Part shown: one piece after another, positions 1-8,931 of the stretch | Numbering within the stretch: position 1 is the first letter of the stretch | Layout: each line of letters starts with the position of its first letter | Sequence record: LC788705.1 | DNA: 64,000 nucleotides | Reading direction: 5' to 3' (one strand) | Source of the DNA: Escherichia coli phage NG_A1 | Translations under genes and position numbers: made by a program | Notes under the pieces: model-generated | Seen by the model: the letters and a program-made list of their open reading frames with translations, nothing else | Told to the model about the DNA's origin: nothing | Database searches by the model: none

Positions 1-200
1 ATGAGAATGATTCTCATTTAAAAAGCGGAATGAGAATGATAATAATTCGCATTTAAGAATGGAAGTGAGAATTATTCAGGAAGTGAAACGATTCTCATTT
101 AAAAAGCAGAATGATTCTCATTTAGAAAGTGGAACGCAAATAATAGTGATTCGTATTTAAGAACGGAAGTGAGAAACACTATTATTTAAGTTATCCACAG
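1..200. repeat. Cluster of near-palindromic GAGAAT(G/C)ATTCTC units plus a ~55-bp imperfect tandem direct repeat (approx 26-85 and 140-200)
   Basis: Palindrome copies read at 3-15 and 108-120, half-sites at 32-40 and 89-97; two ~55-bp units align at ~80% identity. Confidence 0.7.
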
Positions 201-300
201 ACTTATTAACAGCACGATTTGACTTGACAGAATCCTAGCCATTTTGGGGTGTTATTAACAGACTTATCCACAGCTTATCCTACTGTATAAATATACAGTA
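181..300. repeat. Inverted-repeat arm A (~120 bp) carrying DnaA boxes
   Basis: Reverse complement of 4321-4440 aligns over ~120 bp with scattered mismatches; TTATCCACA at 191-199 and 264-272. Confidence 0.8.
191..272 (+). promoter_or_regulatory. Two consensus DnaA boxes (TTATCCACA) at 191-199 and 264-272
   Basis: Exact 9-mer matches to the E. coli DnaA box consensus TTATNCACA. Confidence 0.6.
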
Positions 301-483
301 TTCCTACGCAGTGAATAATTCTAATATAGCGTTAAAACGTCCTAGATCGCATTCTAACGCGTTTAATTTTGGTGGGGATACTAAAACACGGGCAAAATTG
401 GAGGAGGCTTGAAAATTAGTTAGCTCGCTAACGATCACACAAGGCGACACGTAACACCCTAATCATTAGCAGGCTAACCATCG

Positions 484-530
484 CGGGCGCGGTCAAATGA
501 GAATCATTCTCATTTGAGAATTGGGGGCAC
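484..530 (+). repeat. ~40-bp element CGGGCGCGGTCAAATGAGAATCATTCTCATTTGAG, copy 1
   Basis: Similar element recurs in direct orientation at 10506-10544; contains the GAGAATCATTCTC palindrome. Confidence 0.6.
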
Positions 531-666
531 TTCCCGATAGTTGCGCCCCGTGATTATTATAGTAGCGGGCAACCGTTACGCTTTGCCCACTCCCGCCACT
601 CATCTTGATGCCTAGACTTGCGACGGCGTACTAAAAACCGCTTGTACCAGTGATTAAACCATCGTT

Positions 667-870
667 TCATAAACCCTCCTCCGGTAGTCGATGCGTGATC
701 TTCTCCTCCTCCCCGTAGGAATCCACCAAATACTGATAATAACCATCGTGATCATAAATCACTTTATCATATTCGCCCCGCTCGACCGCTTGCCGATTCT
801 CCGGCGTATCTGGCACGTAAAAAACATCAACCATTGTACTGATTTTGGTTACAATAATTTTATTGCTCAT
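667..870 (-). CDS. Hypothetical pre-early protein (67 aa), last gene of the minus-strand operon
   Basis: ORF with GGAG Shine-Dalgarno (TAACGGAGCGTTATT-ATG). Confidence 0.55.
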   Translation of the reverse strand: MSNKIIVTKISTMVDVFYVPDTPENRQAVERGEYDKVIYDHDGYYQYLVDSYGEEEKITHRLPEEGL

Positions 871-885
871 AATAACGCTCCGTTA

Positions 886-993
886 TTAAAAATTACCATA
901 TATTCCCGGCCAAATTTTACTAGTAACATAAGTTACTATTCCTGCCGTAATTATGCTATAAACTACTAATAAGGTAAACATTAAACCAGACAT
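886..993 (-). CDS. Small hydrophobic peptide (35 aa, MSGLMFTLLVVYSIITAGIVTYVTSKIWPGIYGNF)
   Basis: Hand-translated; AGGAG RBS upstream; predicted single TM helix; below the ORF-track size cutoff. Confidence 0.4.
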   Translation of the reverse strand: MSGLMFTLLVVYSIITAGIVTYVTSKIWPGIYGNF

Positions 994-1001
994 AATAACT
1001 C

Positions 1002-1097
1002 CTAGTAAATATATTTTTGCCAATGGTGGCGAACGTTGTCGCCACCAGCGGAATCATTAGCTGCCTTAACATTACCAACGAAAATATATAATTTCAT
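1002..1097 (-). CDS. Small peptide (31 aa) containing an internal 8-bp-stem hairpin
   Basis: Hand-translated; GGGAG RBS upstream; short, speculative. Confidence 0.3.
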   Translation of the reverse strand: MKLYIFVGNVKAANDSAGGDNVRHHWQKYIY

Positions 1098-1115
1098 AAT
1101 AACTCCCGTTATTAA

Positions 1116-1274
1116 TTATTTGCGTAAATATACGCTTGCTAGTAGTCCGGCTAGAAAGCCCGCTGATACACCAAATGAAGCCACACCGGGAACACTAGCA
1201 CCATGAGCGTATAAAGCCCAGCAAATTACATAAGGCAACAACGGAAACATGCCAGCTATTAAAAACTTTTTCAT
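1116..1274 (-). CDS. Small hydrophobic membrane peptide (52 aa)
   Basis: Hand-translated; ATGA start/stop overlap with upstream gene; AAGGTGG RBS; two hydrophobic stretches. Confidence 0.45.
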   Translation of the reverse strand: MKKFLIAGMFPLLPYVICWALYAHGASVPGVASFGVSAGFLAGLLASVYLRK

Positions 1275-1615
1275 TGCGCCACCTTTCGAAATGCTGTTTC
1301 AATACTATCAGCCGTGGATTGAATATATGCGCCTTTCATTATCAGGCGCTCGGTGCATACCTTGCGGAAAATATTAATAAAATCCTCTTCATTTTCTGCA
1401 ATCAATGCTTCCCCCATGACCTGAATATCACAAGATGCAAAGGTCAAAAATTGAAACGCTAGTTCACGGGCAACGACCGCATTAATTTTATAATGCGCCT
1501 TGCCCTCATAAATATTAACCACGCCTTTATAAACTGGTGAAAGCTGATTTAAATAGCTTGCTAATAATGCCGGACGGCAATTAGCAACAAAACGATTGCC
1601 CTCATAAATTACCAT
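1271..1615 (-). CDS. Hypothetical pre-early protein (114 aa from ATG; track ORF begins at upstream TTG)
   Basis: ORF track 1271..1630; ATG at 1615 overlaps the stop of the upstream small ORF (ATGGTAA). Confidence 0.55.
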   Translation of the reverse strand: MVIYEGNRFVANCRPALLASYLNQLSPVYKGVVNIYEGKAHYKINAVVARELAFQFLTFASCDIQVMGEALIAENEEDFINIFRKVCTERLIMKGAYIQSTADSIETAFRKVAQ

Positions 1616-1734
1616 TGCGACATCCCCCAAATAGTTGCACCGATAAAGATTAGCTGGCTAACGATGATTAACATAAAACCAATTGAAGGCAGGACGCCCC
1701 AATATTGTAACGCCCTTTTAATTTGCTGAATCAT
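1609..1734 (-). CDS. Small hydrophobic peptide (41 aa)
   Basis: Hand-translated; ATGA overlap with stop of 1731..1943 and ATGGTAA overlap with next start. Confidence 0.4.
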   Translation of the reverse strand: MIQQIKRALQYWGVLPSIGFMLIIVSQLIFIGATIWGMSQW

Positions 1735-1943
1735 AATACCCCACGAAATGCAGCGTAAAAGGTGGCAAAATGTTTAACCGTTTCAGCGATCACGTTGCCG
1801 CGCTTGTCAAATTTCTTTTCAGTAACACGAAAGGCATTCTTATTACGTGCTACGTATTCGATTTTACAATCTTCACGCTCAAACGTGTTTACATCCACCA
1901 GCTTAAAGCCTTTCGAACGTGCAAGAGAAACGTTACGAATCAT
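1731..1943 (-). CDS. Hypothetical pre-early protein (70 aa)
   Basis: ORF track; translationally coupled to both neighbours. Confidence 0.5.
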   Translation of the reverse strand: MIRNVSLARSKGFKLVDVNTFEREDCKIEYVARNKNAFRVTEKKFDKRGNVIAETVKHFATFYAAFRGVL

Positions 1944-1945
1944 TT

Positions 1946-2095
1946 TTATTCTCCTTTACCAGTCATGCAGCCTAGCAGATAAGAAAATGCGGCAATTACC
2001 GCGCCAATAGTAACCGCGTGAACACCGAAAGCTATTGCAAACAAAGATAAAATAGCGCCCAAGATACCAGCTAAAATAGCTCGAAAAATAACCAT
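1946..2095 (-). CDS. Small two-helix hydrophobic membrane peptide (49 aa)
   Basis: Hand-translated MVIFRAILAGILGAILSLFAIAFGVHAVTIGAVIAAFSYLLGCMTGKGE; GGGGAG RBS. Confidence 0.45.
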   Translation of the reverse strand: MVIFRAILAGILGAILSLFAIAFGVHAVTIGAVIAAFSYLLGCMTGKGE

Positions 2096-2144
2096 TTGTA
2101 ATACTCCCCTAGTTAGTGGGGCGAAAGTAACGCCCCGTTATTAA

Positions 2145-2375
2145 TTACATTAAAACAATTTTTGCCGCTTGTTTTTTGGTACAGTGTTCCGCTTTCAGCG
2201 TGTCCAGCAAAAAGCCAGCCGTTTGCTGATCGATTTTATCGGCGTTGTATAGTTCTTGAATGGTGTTATAAGTTTTAGCAATGCCGAACTCCTGTACCAT
2301 TTCATGAATGATGACGCGATTAGATACCCAGCCTTGCGCGGTAAACAGATGACTAGCAGAAGAATACGCAACCAT
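2145..2375 (-). CDS. Hypothetical pre-early protein (77 aa from the RBS-supported ATG)
   Basis: ORF track 2145..2408; GGAGG RBS precedes internal ATG at 2375. Confidence 0.5.
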   Translation of the reverse strand: MVAYSSASHLFTAQGWVSNRVIIHEMVQEFGIAKTYNTIQELYNADKIDQQTAGFLLDTLKAEHCTKKQAAKIVLM

Positions 2376-2480
2376 TTTAAGCCTCCAAATTTTTGGGAAA
2401 ATTTTCAACCGTCCTTAAACGGTGTAAAGGCATTATAACAAAAAGGCCACCATAAAAGGCGACCTTTACAAAACTTTACA

Positions 2481-2975
2481 TTAGACTACTTGTAGGGATT
2501 CAATATTGAAACATCGTTTCAATTCGTCATGCAAAACAGCGTATTCCTCCCATCGGGTACTATCAGGAATATAAACAAGCTGTTTTAATCGGTTTGCATA
2601 TATTACCGCTTTGTTATCGACTATCTCGACGCCGCCATATTTAATAATTAATTTCATGACGGAATTAATAGGATCGCCGCCGTTTACATATGTGCCGGAT
2701 TTACTTAACTGATAATGATAAAGGCTTGCGTATACGTTTTCATTTTCATACCATTCGCCAGTATCCTCGTCTTCATAGCCATCGCTACCAAAACGAGAAG
2801 CATTATCAATAGCCATTTCATGAGCGAAAGCGTCCAGATCCGTACCAGCAGGAACAAAGTATTCCTCGGTATTCCCTTCTCCGCAATAGCCAGTATGGCA
2901 ATCGACTAAAATGATCATATCATGTTTAGCCGTGCTCACTTCCCCTAGCGAGAAGCCGTATTTTTCCTCAGCCAT
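2481..2975 (-). CDS. Hypothetical pre-early protein (164 aa), acidic, Cys/His motif CHTGYCGEG
   Basis: ORF track; no domain recognised. Confidence 0.55.
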   Translation of the reverse strand: MAEEKYGFSLGEVSTAKHDMIILVDCHTGYCGEGNTEEYFVPAGTDLDAFAHEMAIDNASRFGSDGYEDEDTGEWYENENVYASLYHYQLSKSGTYVNGGDPINSVMKLIIKYGGVEIVDNKAVIYANRLKQLVYIPDSTRWEEYAVLHDELKRCFNIESLQVV

Positions 2976-3040
2976 TAGTTAGCCTCCTATTAATTAACAA
3001 GGGAATAGTAAAGCGGGGTAACAATCCCCGCTTAATATTA

Positions 3041-4058
3041 TTACTCGCTTTCGGTGTTAGTGGTAAAAGTAGAAATATCGATACCTTTTACCATTTCATC
3101 AATCATTTCAGCGATGTTAAAACTTTGCACCATTTCCAGCATTGCCGCTTCCATAGCCGCCCCTGCTACCGCTTTCGCCTTTTGGTTATTTGGGGCGTAT
3201 TGGTCAACCGCTACACTCAGCAGGTTAGCAATCACTACTCGACCAATAGGCGTATCGATATAACCTTTGATCATGAATGGTGCTTTTTTAGCCGCTACTT
3301 TCGTAATTTGAGTTAATGCAATTTTACCCGCCTCCAGTTTTGCAGCATTTACAACAGCGGATTTATTGGCGGCAACAATGTTAGCAATCTTGGTCATGGT
3401 GTTTTTTCCTTTGTTTTCAGTAGTTTGAGTGTTAACGCTTTGAGTGTTAGAATTTACAGCATGGTTTTCTACGCTGTCAATAATCTGATCTTCATCTTTC
3501 CAGAAAGAAAAACCAGCGCTTTCTATATCCCCATCATAAATATATGGGTATAGCTCCCGTGGTAACAAAAAATTACCGTCGTCATCAAAAGCCATTATAC
3601 CAGTATATTGAGATCCGTCGTTATCCGGCTTATGCCATCCAGCTGGTAAATACTTCCAGATAACATCTAAAAATCCCTCAATACTAGAAAGTCCGTTTAT
3701 CAGATCAAGCCCAATAAGCTCAAAACCATTTATATTAAATGATTGACGGCCTGAATTGCTATGATACGCAACAATATTATTACCCTGCGCAATAATAAAA
3801 TCGGTATCCGGCCCCGCTCCCCTGCCTGTAAAGATATGGCAATCCCGATTATATATATAAAACTAGCGTTGCCCCTTGCTTATATAATGGTAGAAAACTA
3901 TCCATATCATAGGCGTCATAATCATCAAAAAAGTTTTGATGAATAGTTTCAGCCTTGTTAATAAAATGTTTAATGCTGGTTGACTTGCTACCGTCCAGCA
4001 GGTTGCGCAATGCACCTTTTAAAACGGTGGCATTATCAGGTTTATACAGCCTCATTTG
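3041..4058 (-). CDS. Hypothetical pre-early protein, apparently interrupted by a +1 frameshift near 3849-3865 (fused product ~340 aa)
   Basis: Track ORFs 3849..4199 and 3041..3595 are joined by an 89-codon stop-free, start-less stretch (3596-3862) in the frame of the downstream ORF; strong GAGGGAGG RBS before ATG at 4058. Confidence 0.4.
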
Positions 4059-4320
4059 TTCGGCCTCCCTCGTTAATCGGTGAGTGAATGATATAGATAT
4101 TTGTTCACTAGGGGCAAGAAAAAAGAAAATGTTTTTTATTCCTTGCCTAGCGCCTAGTTTTATGCTAACCGCGCAGCGGTACAGTAAAGAGCAAAACACG
4201 GTGAAGCCACCAGGGCGACTGGTGAAGGCTTTACTTTAATATTACCCCACCGCATTTAGCTCGTTAGAAAGCGTTTTAGGCCGCTTAAAATTAATTGCAG
4301 TCGTTAACACTACCTTTCTA

Positions 4321-4440
4321 CCCTGTATATTTATACAGTAGGATAACATGTGGATAAGTCTGTGGATAAGTCCTTATATCGCCGCCTATCGTGTCAAGTT
4401 AATTTACAAAATGTATAAGGCTGTGGATAACTTAAATGAT
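4321..4440. repeat. Inverted-repeat arm B (~120 bp) carrying DnaA boxes
   Basis: Reverse complement matches 181-300; TGTGGATAA at 4349-4357, 4361-4369 and 4422-4430. Confidence 0.8.
4349..4430 (-). promoter_or_regulatory. Three consensus DnaA boxes on the complementary strand (4349-4357, 4361-4369, 4422-4430)
   Basis: Exact reverse-complement matches to TTATCCACA. Confidence 0.6.
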
Positions 4441-4620
4441 AGTGGTTCTCACTAACTAATTTATGCAGTTATTGTATAACAAAATATAGTTAGTTGGCTA
4501 ATAGGATTTTAAAGTGATTATGAGTCTGCTAATTAAACCTGAAAAACTCATTAGGTAGTCTGCTAATGATTTTGATATAATATAATAGAGATTAAATTAA
4601 TAACATAAGGAAACAATTAG

Positions 4621-5139
4621 ATGCCTAAATATAAAGATATAGATTATGACCTTTTTAATAGTTACTTTTATTATGATGAAACAGCGTTATCATTTTTACG
4701 TTGGCGGGAGGATCACGCCGTCGCAGGTGGTTTAAATGGTAATTATTGGCAAGTTGAACTATTAGACATGGGACAATTCAAAGTACATAGAATTATCTTT
4801 TGTATAATGAATGGCGGTATAGATAGCGAGCTAATGATTGATCATATTGATCGTAACACACGTAACAATAACATCTGGAATCTTCGCGCGGTTGATAGTT
4901 CGCAGAATAATTATAATCGTACTCCTAGTGAGTATGAAAACTGTAAGCGTGCTAATGGTATCCCTAGAAACATTTACGTTAATAAAGTTCGCCCCCGTGA
5001 TAGTTTCGGGCGTGATTATTTAACTGCTCAAATTAAGAATCCTATTACTAACAAGCGTGTTAGTAAGTCTGGTTATGATTTACAAGAGTTATTATTATGG
5101 CTTGAAGCTAAAAAAGCTGAATTTGGAATTGTCAATTAA
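4621..5139 (+). CDS. HNH homing endonuclease (HNH_3-type)
   Basis: Motif IDHIDRNTRNNNIWNLR; AT-rich flanks; extended -10 TGATATAAT upstream. Confidence 0.7.
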   Translation: MPKYKDIDYDLFNSYFYYDETALSFLRWREDHAVAGGLNGNYWQVELLDMGQFKVHRIIFCIMNGGIDSELMIDHIDRNTRNNNIWNLRAVDSSQNNYNRTPSEYENCKRANGIPRNIYVNKVRPRDSFGRDYLTAQIKNPITNKRVSKSGYDLQELLLWLEAKKAEFGIVN

Positions 5140-5637
5140 TTAATTTTATAAAATAACTCGTTTAGTCTTGATTTTTAAAAGTCAATATCTTTTACAACTA
5201 TTTTTCAATTTTGCTTTTGTTAAATATTTGTTAAATCGAAAATAAGCCGCCTAAAACGCCCTAGAACGCGATGAAGTTTTTAGCCATGCCATTGCATTGC
5301 CTGCCCTCGTTTATCGCTGCCACGAGCTTTTTAGATTTTGTCAAGTAGGGCAAAGCAAATATAAATGAAAAATTACTTGCCTATCTGCTTTATTTTGTGG
5401 TATTCGCGCGCCCGTTTCTTTTAATTTTAGGCCGTCGCCGCACGGTGTCCGGTGAGTTTTACCTTTACGTTTCTTTACAAAAATAAGGTTGCGCCGTTTT
5501 TAGTATTTGCTATTATTTATCTCGTAGGACGGCAACGGACTACAACGGCGGGAAGTTTACCGCCGCGCTCTTTAAAAATTGGGTACATCTTAAAGCCTAT
5601 CGGCGGTAAACTTATTACATTATAAGGAATCGACGAT

Positions 5638-5841
5638 ATGAAACAAACGCTTTTGATCACTGGCAAGCCTATTAAGGCACTAGATAGCAAAACAAAAAAC
5701 TTGTTGACAGTAGCACAAAGATCAGTAAAATATAGATTCACGCAGTACAAGAAAGGTCGCCAGCAAGGTCTGGAAATGATCTGGCGAAATATTATGATTG
5801 ACCTAAAAGAAAATCATAAAAAATTGCAAAAAATTGTTTGA
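5638..5841 (+). CDS. Small basic protein (67 aa) flanked by a 24-bp inverted repeat
   Basis: ORF track; Lys/Arg-rich; inverted repeat at 5581-5604 and 5859-5882. Confidence 0.4.
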   Translation: MKQTLLITGKPIKALDSKTKNLLTVAQRSVKYRFTQYKKGRQQGLEMIWRNIMIDLKENHKKLQKIV

Positions 5842-6071
5842 CAACCTAGCCGATAGGTTTTAAGATGTACCCAGTTCGATAAGAGCGATAACTTGATAAA
5901 ATTTGACGGTCGGTGCTTACCATAATGCATCCCGCCCCCTAACGGGATATAGCGGCCTACGTGGAGTTCTTTAAAATTGATTATATTGGCGAGCGGATTG
6001 TTACTTATTACCTGCTGTTACTTTCTAGCAGGTAATGCGGAACAATCCCCAAATAACTAGGAGTTTATATT

Positions 6072-6323
6072 ATGCAAAACGTTATTACCGCGCCGAAAGT
6101 TGGTCAATCCGTCTTCATTCCTTTCGTTACTAAAACGGATGAATTAACCGGAAAGGCCGAACGTATTAAAGGTGCGGCGCTTATGCCGTTCGATACAATC
6201 GACGCGGTATACGCTGAAAATGAACGTAGTAACAACGGCAAGCCCGTTTTTAGCGTTCGCGTTAAATCCGGCGATGTTGTAAAGGTTGTTCAACGCAACG
6301 AAAAATGGGAAGCTGTATTGTAA
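6072..6323 (+). CDS. Hypothetical pre-early protein (83 aa)
   Basis: ORF with AGGAG RBS; followed by a stem-loop at 6337-6362. Confidence 0.55.
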   Translation: MQNVITAPKVGQSVFIPFVTKTDELTGKAERIKGAALMPFDTIDAVYAENERSNNGKPVFSVRVKSGDVVKVVQRNEKWEAVL

Positions 6324-6419
6324 ATTAGTGTTAACTTTATATCCCCTTATTTCAGGGGGATATAACGATTAACATTAAGTTAATCTAATCCCTTAAATTA
6401 AACTAATAGGAGTTACATC

Positions 6420-6827
6420 ATGACTAACGCTAAAACCGCAAAATTCGCATGGAATGAAGAAAACACTCAGAAAGCTGTTTCCATGTATCAACAGTTAATT
6501 AATGAAAACGGTTTAGATTTCGCAAATAGCGACGGCCTGAAAGAGATTGCAAAAGCAGTAGGCGCGGCCTCCCCCGTATCCGTTCGCTCAAAATTGACCA
6601 GTGCAAAAGCCTATCAAAAAAGCGATAAGCCGCGTAAAGTTGGCGGCGGTAGCTCTGTGCGTAAAGCTCACTATGTGCGCGTTATCGCTAAACATGCTAT
6701 TGATTCCGGCATTATCAAAGACGCCGATGATTTGGCAAGCCTTGAAAGTGCAAAACTTGAAACGCTGGACGCAGTAGCGCAATTGTTAGGCGTTGCCGAT
6801 GAAGTAAAACAGGCCGCAGGCGAATAA
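6420..6827 (+). CDS. A2: Putative pre-early DNA-binding protein, A2-like (135 aa)
   Basis: Size and position immediately upstream of the A1-like gene; basic C-terminal half; AGGAG RBS; name assigned from memory of T5. Confidence 0.45.
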   Translation: MTNAKTAKFAWNEENTQKAVSMYQQLINENGLDFANSDGLKEIAKAVGAASPVSVRSKLTSAKAYQKSDKPRKVGGGSSVRKAHYVRVIAKHAIDSGIIKDADDLASLESAKLETLDAVAQLLGVADEVKQAAGE

Positions 6828-6917
6828 TAGTTATATCTTGCCCCCTTTTAGTGAGGGGGCAATAATATAACTGTTTAGCGATAGTTATTTTCTTCCCTTA
6901 AATCAGGAGTTTTAAAA

Positions 6918-7115
6918 ATGGTTTTCTCCCCTACTGAATCTTTAATTCTAGGCTTATTTATTATGGCGGCCTCCCTATTATTCGCTTATTTTCAAAATGA
7001 TTTAGATTCGTATTATTTTAAACGTAAATCTAAATTAGCAAAACGTTTAGGTCTGCTTTGTTTTATCGCTGCCGTTGCTTGTGGTGTTAGTTCTAGCCTA
7101 GTGCCTTTAAATTAA
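6918..7115 (+). CDS. Small membrane protein (65 aa, two predicted TM helices)
   Basis: ORF with CAGGAG RBS; hydrophobic stretches LILGLFIMAASLLFAYF and LLCFIAAVACGVSSSLV. Confidence 0.5.
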   Translation: MVFSPTESLILGLFIMAASLLFAYFQNDLDSYYFKRKSKLAKRLGLLCFIAAVACGVSSSLVPLN

Positions 7116-7205
7116 TATTGCAAATTATAACGCCTATTGTTCGAGGCGTTATATTTGGCAATATTGCCGTTACTAACCTAATCCCTTTAATGGAGTTTTA
7201 TTACT

Positions 7206-8876
7206 ATGATTATTTCCGCAGAAAAACAAACCGTTATCCTGAAAATGGCCGCTGACTTTAACTTCTACGGTAAACGCCTGCGCGCCACTAAATTGGAAGT
7301 TTGTGACGATATTTCGAAAGCGGTATACGATACTACTAAACACTCCACCGCCATTTGTGATTGGTTGGAAGCAAATAAACCAGCGAAACCAAAAGCGGCA
7401 AAAGTAGCAAAAGCCATTAAAAACGATGAGCGCCCAGAAGCGGCGGGAATTGTTTCTAGTACGGTTGAGCAATGGGAAGTAAAACAGGGTAAACGCTTTA
7501 TTATTACGTCGATTCAAAATAATACTTTCCCGCATAAAAACTTTTTAGCCTCACTGGAGCAATTTGCTAAATATATCGGTGCTGATTTGCTTGTTTCTAA
7601 GTATATTTATAATAAAAACGGTTTTCAAAATGGGGAAGGTGCGGATGGAATCAAATATGATTCCGCGTTCGATAAATATATTTGCAGCAAAAACGTGTTT
7701 TTAAATAACCGCCGCTTTGCTTTCATGGCTGAAATTAATGTTTTGCCAACCGCAGATTATCCGCTTTCTGGATTCGCCGAGACTGCAACGGCTTTAAATA
7801 TTGAGGGGCTGGCAATTGGTCACGCTAAAATTACCGCTGAAAGCGTGCCAGCTTTAAAAGGTGAAGTAGTGCGCCGTATGTACTCAACCGGAACGGCAAC
7901 GCTCAAAAACTACATTCAGCAGAAAGCAGGACAAAAAGCGGAAGCACTGCATAACTTCGGTGCGCTTATTGTTGAGTTCGACGACGACGGGGAATTTTTT
8001 GTTCGCCAGCTTGAAACAATGGACGAAAGCGGGGTGTTTTATGATCTGAACGTTTGCGCTACTCCTGCCGGATGCTATGAAACAACGGGGCATGTTTTAG
8101 GCTTGCAATATGGCGATATCCACGCCGAGAAATTAGATGAGGAGTGCGCCGCCGCATCTTGGGGGCATGGTGATACTTATGGGCTTGTGGATATTCTTAA
8201 ACCAAAATATCAGTTTGTACATGACGTGCATGATTTTACATCGCGCAACCATCACAACCGCGCATCGGGTGTATTCCTAGCGAAACAGTATGCAGCCGGA
8301 CGTGATAAAGTTCTGGATGATCTTATCGATACGGGGCGCGTACTGGAATCAATGGAGCGCGATTTTAGTCAAACAATCATTGTTGAATCGAATCACGATT
8401 TGGCGCTATCCCGTTGGCTTGATGATCGTAATGCTAACATCAAAGACGATCCAGCAAACGCCGAGTTATATCACCGCCTGAATGCTGCAATTTACGCGGC
8501 AATCGGTGAACACGACGAAACGTTTAACGTGCTAGATTATGCGTTGCGCAAGGTTGCAGGTTGTGAATTTAACGCCATTTTCCTAACGACTGACCAATCT
8601 TTCAAGATTGCAGGTATTGAATGCGGCGTACACGGTCACAATGGCATTAACGGGAGCCGTGGCAATCCGAAACAGTTTAAGAAATTGGGCAAATTAAACA
8701 CGGGGCACACCCATACCGCCAGCATTTACGGCGGCGTTTATACCGCTGGCGTGTCTGGTAGTCTGGACATGGGTTACAACGTTGGCGCGTCAAGCTGGAC
8801 GCAAACGCATGTTATTACCTATGCAAACGGTCAGCGCACTTTGATCGACTTTAAAAACGGTAAATTCTTTGCGTAA
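7206..8876 (+). CDS. A1: Pre-early protein A1, metallophosphoesterase-like (556 aa)
   Basis: Phosphoesterase-like motifs GDIH, GHGDTYG, ESNHD, GVHGHNG; 556 aa matches T5 A1 size as I recall. Confidence 0.75.
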   Translation: MIISAEKQTVILKMAADFNFYGKRLRATKLEVCDDISKAVYDTTKHSTAICDWLEANKPAKPKAAKVAKAIKNDERPEAAGIVSSTVEQWEVKQGKRFIITSIQNNTFPHKNFLASLEQFAKYIGADLLVSKYIYNKNGFQNGEGADGIKYDSAFDKYICSKNVFLNNRRFAFMAEINVLPTADYPLSGFAETATALNIEGLAIGHAKITAESVPALKGEVVRRMYSTGTATLKNYIQQKAGQKAEALHNFGALIVEFDDDGEFFVRQLETMDESGVFYDLNVCATPAGCYETTGHVLGLQYGDIHAEKLDEECAAASWGHGDTYGLVDILKPKYQFVHDVHDFTSRNHHNRASGVFLAKQYAAGRDKVLDDLIDTGRVLESMERDFSQTIIVESNHDLALSRWLDDRNANIKDDPANAELYHRLNAAIYAAIGEHDETFNVLDYALRKVAGCEFNAIFLTTDQSFKIAGIECGVHGHNGINGSRGNPKQFKKLGKLNTGHTHTASIYGGVYTAGVSGSLDMGYNVGASSWTQTHVITYANGQRTLIDFKNGKFFA

Positions 8877-8931
8877 ATAAATTATTTCCCCTAGCGGCTT
8901 GAAATATAGCCGCTATTACAGGAGTCAAAAA

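Noticed and set aside
1-200. CRISPR array
   Set aside because: Repeats are palindromic, irregularly spaced, only two to four copies, with no spacer/repeat periodicity and no cas genes.
3849-4199. Full 116-aa extent of the track ORF
   Set aside because: The first 47 codons (4059-4199) have no RBS and read as low-complexity; the RBS-supported ATG is at 4058.
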